Source: Acidimicrobiia bacterium (GTDB lineage: Bacteria; Actinomycetota; Acidimicrobiia; Spongiisociales; ZC4RG35). From it: 64,000 nt of DNA. A program made the translations under genes and the position numbers. Position 1 is the first letter of the stretch, and each line of letters starts with the position of its first letter. The notes below the pieces were generated by a model. It had not been told where the DNA came from and searched no databases. It saw only the letters and a program-made list of their open reading frames with translations. Location of the stretch: the NCBI GenBank assembly GCA_965203555.1, contig CBDBCY010000004.1:928001-992000 (forward strand). Reading direction: 5' to 3'. This document shows positions 40,760 to 49,464 of the stretch, one piece after another.

Positions 40760-41680
40760 TCAGGTCCTTTCGAGCAGTCGGAGCGGGGTGTCCCAGAAGA
40801 TCATTTGGAACTCGCGGTCGCCGAACCCCACGCGGCGCAGAGAGTCCAGAAAGCCTGTGACGCAGTAGGAGTAACCCGCGCCTCCGAAGGCGCGAAGATG
40901 CGACCGGTAGCAGACGTCGTTGGAAACCACAACCTGATCGAGACACCCCCGCTCAGCCAGCCATGTCAGACCATCGATACGAATTCCCAGCTCATACGGG
41001 AAGTCAGGTCTTACCGTGTCGAAGCCGAGGGTGACGCCCATATCAAGCAGTTCCGACCAGTACGCTTTCCGGTTCCCGGGAATCGTATCGGCATGCCCGA
41101 TGACGATCCGCCCAGGTGGAACGCCGATGCTGATCAGTATCTTGGCTTGCTCGATCCCAACCGTACTCCGGGACGCATGCGTATAGATCGAGACCCCGGT
41201 CTCCAACTGCGCAAATCCACCGGCGCGCAACACTCGTTCCTCGGCGGGAGACATAGGACTCCTCTTGGCGCCGATCTCCCCGATAATTCCAGGCCGCACT
41301 CCCCCGTCCCGGGCCCCCTCACTGATTTCAGAGATCAAGATATCGGCCAGACCATCTGAAGTTGTCTCAAAGACCTCCCGTGGAAGAAAAGGGTCGCGGT
41401 ACCAACCACACCCGGCAACGATGTTGAGACCGGTGCGTAGAGCGATATCTCGAAGGCCCTTGAGGTCCCTGCCCAATCCGACACTCGTCGTTTCCACTAC
41501 CGTTTGCACCGAGGTGTCATCCAGGTAGCGGAGCTCCGCGGTAACAAGATCGGTGTCATCGAGCAAACGATTCAGATCATCGGAGACGCTGTAGAAATCA
41601 CACAGGATGTGCTCGTGCATCAAGACGGCGCCGAGTGCATCAATCGGCACTTCACCGGTCACTGTCAGGACAGAGCCCAT
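40760..41680 (-). CDS. Phosphotriesterase-homology amidohydrolase (close paralog of 33906..34820)
   Basis: Nearly colinear sequence: GAVLMHEH, GCGWYRDP, GVRPGIIGEIGA, SNDVC.RSHLRAF; TATAGT-N6-ATG start. Confidence 0.9.
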   Translation of the reverse strand: MGSVLTVTGEVPIDALGAVLMHEHILCDFYSVSDDLNRLLDDTDLVTAELRYLDDTSVQTVVETTSVGLGRDLKGLRDIALRTGLNIVAGCGWYRDPFLPREVFETTSDGLADILISEISEGARDGGVRPGIIGEIGAKRSPMSPAEERVLRAGGFAQLETGVSIYTHASRSTVGIEQAKILISIGVPPGRIVIGHADTIPGNRKAYWSELLDMGVTLGFDTVRPDFPYELGIRIDGLTWLAERGCLDQVVVSNDVCYRSHLRAFGGAGYSYCVTGFLDSLRRVGFGDREFQMIFWDTPLRLLERT

Positions 41681-41686
41681 ACCGAT

Positions 41687-41696
41687 ACTATATGAT
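41687..41696. promoter_or_regulatory. Overlapping divergent -10 elements
   Basis: TATAGT on the minus strand (41692-41687) and TATGAT on the plus strand (41691-41696) within a 58-bp divergent gap. Confidence 0.5.
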
Positions 41697-41738
41697 TCCT
41701 GGCAGGCTGACCTGAAGAACAGGAGAAGGGAACCTGTG

Positions 41739-42611
41739 ATGGATGCGGTTCGCTCGATGCTCTTCACCCCCGGGCATCGTCCCGATTTGATAGCCAAGGC
41801 TTGCGGGTCGGCGGCGGATGCCGTGATCGTGGACCTGGAAGATGCGGTGGCGACCAGCGCCAAGGACCAGGCCCGCTCCAACCTCGCCTCCCTCCCCGAC
41901 AGCGTCATTCCGGTTTTCGTCCGCGTCAACGGGTTTGAGACGGGGTTGACGTGGGAAGACATCGTGGCGGCCGTACACGCCGGCGTGGCAGGGGTGATCC
42001 TTCCCAAGGCCGAAGACCGAAACGTGTTACTGAAGATTTGCGGCGCCCTCAGCGCCTTGGAAACAGCCACCGGGCAACCGGAGGGCTCTATTGCCCTGAT
42101 CCCGATGATCGAGACCGCGGCGGGGGTGCAAAACGCCTTCGAGATTCTCGACGGATGCCCCCGAGTGGAGGCGGTGATGTTCGGCAGCGGTGAGCAGGGA
42201 GACCTGGTTGCCGACCTCGGCGTGCAGTGGGAGCCCGCCGGAACGGGTCTCCACTACTCCCGGTCGCGAGTGCTCCTGGCCGCTCGTGCGGCAGGCGTTC
42301 CCCACCCCATGGACGGCGTGTTCATGAACTTCCGGGACCAGGACGCTTTGCGTGTCGAGAGCCAACTTGCCCGTCGCATGGGCTACGTCGCCAAACTCGC
42401 CATCCACCCGGCCCAGGTGGGCGTCATCAACGAAGTCTTTACCCCCACTCCCGAGGAGGTGGCTCGCCACCGGGCAATCCTTGAGGAGTTCGAGAAAGCC
42501 GAGGCAGAGGGAACCGCCTCAATAGACGCCGACGGCCGGATGGTCGACTACGCAGTGGCAAGAACCGCCAGATCAGTGCTGGCCCGCGCCGAAGCTGCAC
42601 GGCGCCCGTAG
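41739..42611 (+). CDS. CitE/HpcH family CoA-ester lyase
   Basis: RSMLFTPG, VDLEDAVA, VRVNG, LPKAE, IETAAG, AIHPAQV, GRMVD. Confidence 0.92.
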   Translation: MDAVRSMLFTPGHRPDLIAKACGSAADAVIVDLEDAVATSAKDQARSNLASLPDSVIPVFVRVNGFETGLTWEDIVAAVHAGVAGVILPKAEDRNVLLKICGALSALETATGQPEGSIALIPMIETAAGVQNAFEILDGCPRVEAVMFGSGEQGDLVADLGVQWEPAGTGLHYSRSRVLLAARAAGVPHPMDGVFMNFRDQDALRVESQLARRMGYVAKLAIHPAQVGVINEVFTPTPEEVARHRAILEEFEKAEAEGTASIDADGRMVDYAVARTARSVLARAEAARRP

Positions 42612-42916
42612 AATCACCGCAACGACGGTGAAGTTCGGTGTTCTTTTCTCTAGGCTGTGAGACGTGACCTGTCCCAAAAAACGCAAATCTGACCTTTCGC
42701 GCCGGGATGGGTTCGGAGAGTACCTACTCACTGAAACCAAGGAGACAACCCTCGCCTCTGGCAGCAGTCCAGAAGGGAAGCCTGTCGGCGGTTTGGAGGT
42801 TCCCCTGAAGGGAGCATTCCGCGGCCAGGAACTGTTGAAGGCTTTGGCAGAAGACCGGGCGCTCGATCGCTATTGAAATATTCTCTCTAGAACCTTCAGC
42901 ACCGTGTCCGTCGCCT

Positions 42917-43339
42917 TCAGAGGCAAGCATTCACACATTCGATTTCTCTCCGACCTGACGCCCAACTCAAAGTCTTCCGATCAGATGTGACCATCCTCCG
43001 TCGGGTAACGATCGCAGTCGCGGTGATCAACTGGTCAGCGGGATCCGCATGGAACCCGTGGAGAGCCTTCAGCGATCCGGCCAGAATTGCGATCTCGGAG
43101 GTGACCGGAATCTCGTGAACTCCTTCCCCCAGCAGGTCTCGAAACCACCTTGCTGGTGCTCCAGGGAGATCGATTCTGTCGGCCCAATGAAGGCGAGTGG
43201 CTTCCAGCATCGATACAGCCGAGAATCTGACGGAACCTCCATCAGAAGCCTGGTCGATCACAACCCTGGCCCTGGCACCGAGTCGAGGGCTGCCTTGCGC
43301 CACCCAGATCAAAGCATCCGTATCCAGCAGGAGATCCAT
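42917..43339 (-). CDS. vapC: PIN domain toxin VapC
   Basis: LLLDTDALIW, SAVSMLE, HADPADQLITATA, VTSD. Confidence 0.9.
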   Translation of the reverse strand: MDLLLDTDALIWVAQGSPRLGARARVVIDQASDGGSVRFSAVSMLEATRLHWADRIDLPGAPARWFRDLLGEGVHEIPVTSEIAILAGSLKALHGFHADPADQLITATAIVTRRRMVTSDRKTLSWASGRREIECVNACL

Positions 43340-43349
43340 CTGAATCTCC

Positions 43350-43631
43350 TTATTCCTTGGGAATTCCAGTCAGGACTCTCTCAGGATCGGAGACAATATG
43401 CCAGTCCTCCGTGGGAATGGCTGGTTTCGTGAAGTCTTCGTCTATACGGATTCCCTTGCTCCATCCAAAGAGACTTCTCTTGGGCCGTTCCACCACCGGC
43501 ATCACCGCGGCGACAGGCCTCCCGTGTTTGGTAACGATCAGCCCCTCACCGGTGGCGTTCACCTCATCAATGAGCTTCAAACACTGATTGCGAAACTGTG
43601 TCGCTGGAATGGTTTTGGTAGTGACATTCAA
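43350..43631 (-). CDS. Phd/YefM family antitoxin
   Basis: IPATQFRNQCLKLIDEV...IVTKHGRPVA; directly upstream of vapC. Confidence 0.9.
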   Translation of the reverse strand: MNVTTKTIPATQFRNQCLKLIDEVNATGEGLIVTKHGRPVAAVMPVVERPKRSLFGWSKGIRIDEDFTKPAIPTEDWHIVSDPERVLTGIPKE

Positions 43632-43789
43632 TAGGATGCCCTCCTTGTTATGTACAGATTATAACGTCCATTTTTAACAAATGGCTTCGGTTACTTTCCA
43701 CCTCTTTGCAGAGAGACCCTCTCTGGCCCTCTGGCGACCCACCTTATTGAAGATGGAAGCCTGAAATTGGCATTGGGATGAAACGGGTC

Positions 43790-45064
43790 TCAGAAGTCGA
43801 TAACCGTGATCTCGTCGATCGGCCAGCGGGTTAGGACTTCGGCGCCGTTTTCGCGGACCACGATCATCTCTTCCACCCGCATACCTGAGTCACCGTCGGG
43901 TTCCTGGGTCTCCACTGCCATAACCATGCCTTCCTGGATCTCGATGGGATGGTCCACTGAGACTCCTCGCCAGATCAGCGGGCGTTCGTACAACTGGAGT
44001 CCCAAGCCGTGCGCCCACTGGTTGGTGGTCATCTGCCAGTAGTGCTGGGCGCCGTACCAGTCCATGTGCTCGCCGTCCCGGTCGGGGAACATCATGGCCA
44101 CCTCGCCGGTGGTCACGCCGGGGCGGATCGCTTCTATGGCGTCGTACAACCAGTCGCGGGCGCGTTGGTAGGCGTCGATGGAGCGTTGTTTGGGCTTGCC
44201 GATGGAGAAGGTCCGGTATACGCACGACCGGTAACCCTGGAACGTGGCGCTGTAGAAGTCGGCGTACATGATGTCTCCGGGGCGGAGCATCCGGTCGGTG
44301 GTGTTGGCCTGGTGCTTGGGCCAGGTGTTCGGGCCGCTGGTGAGATACCCGCCTTCCACCGTGCCTCCCCGGCGCAGGACCGCCTCCACCGCCGCTCCCC
44401 ATATCTCCTGCTCGAGCATCCCCGGCTCGGCGGTCTTCTTGATCGCCATGAACCCGGCCTCACAGATCGCCGAGAGAACCCGAAAACACTCGATCTCGTC
44501 CTTCGTCTTGGTCTGGCGGGCGGTGTGCAGGGCATCCGCCGCTCCTTCTCGGACATCCAGTCCCCGCTCCCGCAACTTGGCCGCCAGAGCCGGTTGAGTG
44601 GCGTCGATGCCGACCGGATCGCGGTGGACGTCATAGTCGTGAGCAGCTTCGACGATCAGATCCGCCATGGTGTTCAGCAGGAACTCCCGGGCCGAGGGCG
44701 AGCCGCTGGCGCGGGGCACGTTTCCCAAACCGGGCGCCGCGTAGCGAATGTCGGGCAGCCAGGGACAGTTGGCCCGCTCGTTGCTGGCGTGATCGGCGGT
44801 GTCCCAGTGCACTATGTCCCCTCCGGCGGTGAGGAAACTGTAGTGGTCGGCGCCGGAGCCGCCCAGCATGGCCAAGCCGGTGACGTACCGAATGTTGGGG
44901 TCGTCCAGCAAGAGCACCGAGCCCAGCCCCGCCTCGGCGATGTAATGCTGAGCCCGGGCTTTGCGCTCGTCGCGCATCCGGGCCATATTGATCCGCTCCT
45001 CCCAGTCCACGGCCATCGTCCCCAAGGTGCCCTCCATGTACGTCGGCTCGTAAAGGCTCATCAT
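43790..45064 (-). CDS. M24 family metallo-hydrolase, non-canonical Cys-type (second copy)
   Basis: VDWEERINMARM, SGPNTWP, ADFY...GYRSCVYRTF, AHGLG, AVETQ, GMRVEEM. Confidence 0.87.
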   Translation of the reverse strand: MMSLYEPTYMEGTLGTMAVDWEERINMARMRDERKARAQHYIAEAGLGSVLLLDDPNIRYVTGLAMLGGSGADHYSFLTAGGDIVHWDTADHASNERANCPWLPDIRYAAPGLGNVPRASGSPSAREFLLNTMADLIVEAAHDYDVHRDPVGIDATQPALAAKLRERGLDVREGAADALHTARQTKTKDEIECFRVLSAICEAGFMAIKKTAEPGMLEQEIWGAAVEAVLRRGGTVEGGYLTSGPNTWPKHQANTTDRMLRPGDIMYADFYSATFQGYRSCVYRTFSIGKPKQRSIDAYQRARDWLYDAIEAIRPGVTTGEVAMMFPDRDGEHMDWYGAQHYWQMTTNQWAHGLGLQLYERPLIWRGVSVDHPIEIQEGMVMAVETQEPDGDSGMRVEEMIVVRENGAEVLTRWPIDEITVIDF

Positions 45065-45092
45065 GCCCCCTTCGTTGCGTAGGTTTCAGATG

Positions 45093-46244
45093 TCATGTTG
45101 ATTGAAGAGACTCCAGTCGGGCTACGATGGCCGCCAGAAAAACGGCGCCCTCCATCCCGTCGAACACCCGGTGGTCTCCCGACAGGGTGAGTCGCACGGT
45201 GGGCGCCGCAGTCAGGCGCCCGTCCACCACGATCGGCCTGGGCTTCACCGCCCCGACCGCCAGGATGCCTGCCTCGGGTGGGTTGACCAGGGCAACGAAC
45301 TCGTCCACGCCCGCCCCTCCCAGATTGGAGACCGTGAACGTACCACCCTGTAGCTGGTCACCTCGCAATCTACCTCTCCGGACCGCGGCTTCGATCCGGC
45401 GACGTTCCGAGGCCATCTCCGCGAGGCTGAGAGCGGCGGCGTTACGGATCACCGGGACGATGAGCCCTTCATCGACCGCCACGGCCAACCCGAGATTGAC
45501 CTGGGAGTGAACTCGAACCGAGGGAGGGTCCTCATCGATCCAACTGGAGTTCACCGCCGGTGTCTGCTCAAGAGCCTGGGCCGTGGCCCAAAGCAGAATG
45601 TCGGTGTAACCGGCCTTCGGTCCCTTGCCGGAGTGTTCGAGCCGTTCCAGAACAACCTCTCGCATCAGTTGAAACTGCGGGACCGCGGCCGACTTGGACA
45701 TCTGCGCGGCAATGGCCCGCCGCATCCTCGACAGCTTCCGGTCTCCTTCCACCGGCGATCGGGCCTGCTCGTGGGCCCGCCCCACGTCATCGGCGGTGAC
45801 CCTCCCGCCGGGTCCCGTGCCTTCCACTTCCGCCAGGTCCACACCCAATTCGGCTGCCCGACGGCGGGCAAGAGGCGACACTGGTTTGCGGCGAGTCCTT
45901 CTCGCCACAGGCCTGGGCGCGCCTTCTCGGACGGCTGAGGCTGCTGGGCGCCCGTGATCGGAAGGATGTGGAACGGTCCGGGAGGGGGCGGAAGGCGGTT
46001 GACCGGCGGGATCGTCCGCGATCCAGGCGATCGGTTCTCCGGTGGCGGCTCTGCCGCCCGGATCCATCAGGACCGCCACGAGGAAACCTCCGGTGGGCGC
46101 CTCGAACGCCACTTCGGCCTTGTCCGTCTCGATAACCGCCAGGACCTCTCCCTCCCTGACCTCATCTCCCACCGACTTGAGCCACTCCACGATCACTCCC
46201 TCCTCCATGTCCTGGCCCAGTCGGGGCATCCTCACCAGCCGCAT
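45093..46244 (-). CDS. Dihydrolipoamide acyltransferase (E2)
   Basis: Lipoyl motif ETDKA, E3-binding SPLARR...GTGPGGR, catalytic DHRVFDG. Confidence 0.93.
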   Translation of the reverse strand: MRLVRMPRLGQDMEEGVIVEWLKSVGDEVREGEVLAVIETDKAEVAFEAPTGGFLVAVLMDPGGRAATGEPIAWIADDPAGQPPSAPSRTVPHPSDHGRPAASAVREGAPRPVARRTRRKPVSPLARRRAAELGVDLAEVEGTGPGGRVTADDVGRAHEQARSPVEGDRKLSRMRRAIAAQMSKSAAVPQFQLMREVVLERLEHSGKGPKAGYTDILLWATAQALEQTPAVNSSWIDEDPPSVRVHSQVNLGLAVAVDEGLIVPVIRNAAALSLAEMASERRRIEAAVRRGRLRGDQLQGGTFTVSNLGGAGVDEFVALVNPPEAGILAVGAVKPRPIVVDGRLTAAPTVRLTLSGDHRVFDGMEGAVFLAAIVARLESLQST

Positions 46245-46277
46245 GGTCTCCGGTCCTTCCGACTCCTTGACATGGCC

Positions 46278-47030
46278 CTAGTGCAGCGTCCAGCCGCCGT
46301 CGGCGGTGACTATCGCTCCGGTGACGAAGCTCGGGTCGTCCGAGGCCAGGAAGGCTATCACCGCCGCGATCTCTTCAGGCTCGCCGTGCCGGCCCATCGG
46401 CGTACCGGCCAGCATCTCCGACCAACTTTCCGGGTCCTCCCGCAGGTCGGCGTTCATTGCGGTGGCGATCACGCCCGGAGACACCGCGTTGACACGGATC
46501 CCGTACGGCGCGGTCTCGAACGCCGCCGAGCGTGTGAGCATGGTTATCGCCCCCTTGGAGGCGGTGTAGGCCACATGTCCACGGCCCGGAAGCACTGCTT
46601 CGATGGAGGCCACGTTCACTATCGCGCCGCCGATCCCGGCCTCGATCATGGATGCGACCACATCCCTGGACAGCAGAAACGGCGCCCTCAAGTTGACGTC
46701 GAACGTCAGATCCCAGGATTCCCGAGAGTGCTCCAGTGTCGCTTCGCGGATCAGGATCGCCGCTGCGTTGACCAGGATGTGAATCTGGTTGTCCCAGTGC
46801 CTGAGCGCCGCTGCCACGACCTTTTCACATGACGATGCGAGGCTCAGATCGGCAGTGAATCCGACATGGCCCGCACCCAGGGTGTCGACCACCTTTGCCA
46901 GACCCTCCTCGTCCCGATCCACGCAGAACAGGTTGGCGCCGTCCGCCGCCAACCTGACGGCGGTGGCTCTCCCGATTCCCGAGGCGACTCCGGTGACGAT
47001 GGCGTTCTTTCCTGAAAGCTTCCCACTCAT
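46278..47030 (-). CDS. SDR family oxidoreductase
   Basis: TGVASGIG, VNAA, YTASK, RVNAVSPG. Confidence 0.92.
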   Translation of the reverse strand: MSGKLSGKNAIVTGVASGIGRATAVRLAADGANLFCVDRDEEGLAKVVDTLGAGHVGFTADLSLASSCEKVVAAALRHWDNQIHILVNAAAILIREATLEHSRESWDLTFDVNLRAPFLLSRDVVASMIEAGIGGAIVNVASIEAVLPGRGHVAYTASKGAITMLTRSAAFETAPYGIRVNAVSPGVIATAMNADLREDPESWSEMLAGTPMGRHGEPEEIAAVIAFLASDDPSFVTGAIVTADGGWTLH

Positions 47031-47779
47031 TGCAGCATGTATCCCCCGTCGGCATACAGGGCTGTGCCGGTCACGAAAGCGGCGTCGTCACTGAGCAGGA
47101 AGAAGACGCAGGCGCCGATGTCCTCCGGCCTCCCCAACCGGCCGATGGGCATGAGTTCGGGGGCCTGTCGGCGGTACACATCTGGGGTCATCTCGGTATC
47201 CACCGAACCGGGGCTGACCGCGTTCACCCTGATTCCCAGCGGCCCCCACTCCAGCGCCAGAACCTTGGTCATGGAGAGGAGGCCTCCCTTCGAGGAGGCG
47301 TAGGGGACCTGGTCCGGATAGGCGATGGTGTCCTCGGCCGAACTGATATTGACGATCGCTCCGGTCAAGCCGTTCCCAACCCAGTGGTTCGCCGCGGCCT
47401 GGCAGAGGAAAAAGGGTGCGGTGAGATTGGTGGCGATCGTCTCGTCGAGGTTGCTCTCGGACTGGGTCCAGAAGGGAGCAAAGAAATTGACTGCCGCATT
47501 GTTGACCAATCCGTCCAGGCGTCCGAAGCTGTCAAGAGCGGCACGGAGCAACCGGGAGGGGGTTTGGGGATCCTTCAGGTCGGCCACTACCACCACCGCC
47601 GCCGAGCCTGCCTGTTCGACCAGTGCCCGGGTGGTCTCCAGGTCCTGGCGGGTGCGGGAGGTGATGACCAGGTTGTATCCCCGCTCGGCCAGCGTGGTCG
47701 CGATTCCCTTTCCGATTCCCCGTCCGGCGCCGGTGAGGATCGCAACCCGCTTTTCTCCTCGATGAACGGTCAACGTCAT
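47027..47779 (-). CDS. SDR family oxidoreductase
   Basis: TGAGRGIG, VNNA, YASSK; ATG 47779 overlaps the upstream stop. Confidence 0.92.
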   Translation of the reverse strand: MTLTVHRGEKRVAILTGAGRGIGKGIATTLAERGYNLVITSRTRQDLETTRALVEQAGSAAVVVVADLKDPQTPSRLLRAALDSFGRLDGLVNNAAVNFFAPFWTQSESNLDETIATNLTAPFFLCQAAANHWVGNGLTGAIVNISSAEDTIAYPDQVPYASSKGGLLSMTKVLALEWGPLGIRVNAVSPGSVDTEMTPDVYRRQAPELMPIGRLGRPEDIGACVFFLLSDDAAFVTGTALYADGGYMLQ

Positions 47780-49131
47780 GCCGCCATCCCCAGTACCGCG
47801 TCCAACGCCGTGGCCGACCGGTCGATGTCGGATTCGGTGTGGCCGTAACCCACCACCCCGGGATGGACCGGCGGCCAGAAGATCCCATGGGCGCACATAC
47901 CCAGCAGTACCGCGCTCAGCAGATCGTGGTCGCCCGCCAGAATCTCCCGGCGGTTGCGAGGCGGCGCCGCGGTGAAATGCAATTGGAATATCGAGCCGAA
48001 TCCGGTGATCTGTCCCATTCCATGCGAATCCAGCACCTCTTGCAGCGTGGACATCAATCTGGCGCCCAGGTAATCGACGTACTCCAGCACCGGTTCCCGG
48101 TCCACAATATCAAAGACCGCCATCCCGGCCGCCAACGACAGGGGATTGCCTGTGAAGGTACCGGAATGGAATATACGGGTCCCCTTGGCGATCGAATCGG
48201 GACCAAGCACCGCCTCCATGATGTCAGCCCGACCACCCAGGGCGGACAGTGGCAGACCTCCCCCGATCGCCTTCCCCAGGCAGGCCAAGTCCGGAGTCAC
48301 TCCCAGATACCCGGGCGCACCGGCGGTTCCCAGGCGCAAGCCCGTCACCACCTCGTCAAAGATCAACACGATCCCATTCTTGCCGGTGACCTCACGAACC
48401 GCCCTTGCGAAGTGGCGATCGGCAGCCACTCCGCCACCGGTTGAGAATGCCACGGGCTCCATCACCACGGCCGCCAGTTCTCCGGCATGTTCGGCAATGA
48501 GGGAGGCCGCGTTCTCCGCGTCGTTGTAGGGGAGCAACAGGACCTCTTCCGCAATCCGGGCCGGGACCCCGGCCGAGTCGAAAACCGGTTGGGGTCGATG
48601 GGGCGGCCCGGCCACCTGCCGAGACCCCGACGAGACCAGGAAATAGTCGTCGGACCCGTGATAATTCCCCTCGAACTTGCCGTAACGCGTCTTGCCGGTG
48701 ACTGCCCGCGCCGCTCGCAGGGCTGTTCGGACGGCCTCCGATCCGGTGTTGGCGAAGCGGACACGTTCCAGATAGGGCATCATTTCCCGCAACCGCTCCG
48801 CGAATCGCTGCTCGATGGGAGTTGGCGCCATCACCGTGGCCAACCGGCCGATCTGCTCCCGTACAGCCGCTATCACCGCGGGATGAGAATGGCCCAGCAG
48901 GGAAGAACCCGCGCCCATCAGGTAGTCGACATAGTCGTTTCCGTCAACGTCTGTCACATGCCCTCCCCGGCCGGAAGCCAGCACCACCGGATAGGGCTCA
49001 TAGAACTTGGCCGCCCCCGAAACGCCCATCGGCAGGACGCCGATGCTCTCTTCCCACAAAGCTCTCGAACCGGGCGTCCGCGCCCGGTAGAGGGCTTCGA
49101 TCTTCCCCCGAAACGGCGCCGGATCCCTCAT
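47776..49131 (-). CDS. Class III aminotransferase, GSA-aminomutase-like (not HemL)
   Basis: DVDGNDYVD, NTGSEA, FEGNYHG, FDEVVTG, LGKAIGGG, SGTFTGNP; lacks the HemL GGVNSPVR motif. Confidence 0.88.
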   Translation of the reverse strand: MRDPAPFRGKIEALYRARTPGSRALWEESIGVLPMGVSGAAKFYEPYPVVLASGRGGHVTDVDGNDYVDYLMGAGSSLLGHSHPAVIAAVREQIGRLATVMAPTPIEQRFAERLREMMPYLERVRFANTGSEAVRTALRAARAVTGKTRYGKFEGNYHGSDDYFLVSSGSRQVAGPPHRPQPVFDSAGVPARIAEEVLLLPYNDAENAASLIAEHAGELAAVVMEPVAFSTGGGVAADRHFARAVREVTGKNGIVLIFDEVVTGLRLGTAGAPGYLGVTPDLACLGKAIGGGLPLSALGGRADIMEAVLGPDSIAKGTRIFHSGTFTGNPLSLAAGMAVFDIVDREPVLEYVDYLGARLMSTLQEVLDSHGMGQITGFGSIFQLHFTAAPPRNRREILAGDHDLLSAVLLGMCAHGIFWPPVHPGVVGYGHTESDIDRSATALDAVLGMAA

Positions 49132-49464
49132 CCTCTGCGCACTCCCCGGACAAACTCGGCAGAAAGGCAACGACCAAGAACCCCCGGCTCGCGAAACCCC
49201 ACCGCTAAGTCGCGAAAACCGATCTTCTTCTCACCCTCAGGGCCCACCCCCGCCACCACCGCCGTCGGATGAAGGGCGCGATCCGGTGAGTGGGCCGGAG
49301 GGCTTCCTCCTGTATGAGTATGACCTCTCTTGGATATGGCGGTCTGAACGACGTCGGAACGGACCGGGAGGTGTTTTCGTGACAATGTCAGTGTGTATCG
49401 AAGGGGTGACGGTAACAACCCTTCGGGGCGTCTTTTTTTCGCGAACCGGTTCCCTGCCCTCATG

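Noticed and set aside
42664-42876. 70-aa ORF whose C-terminus resembles an AbrB/MazE antitoxin tail
   Set aside because: No AbrB N-terminal motif and no following toxin; too weak to call.
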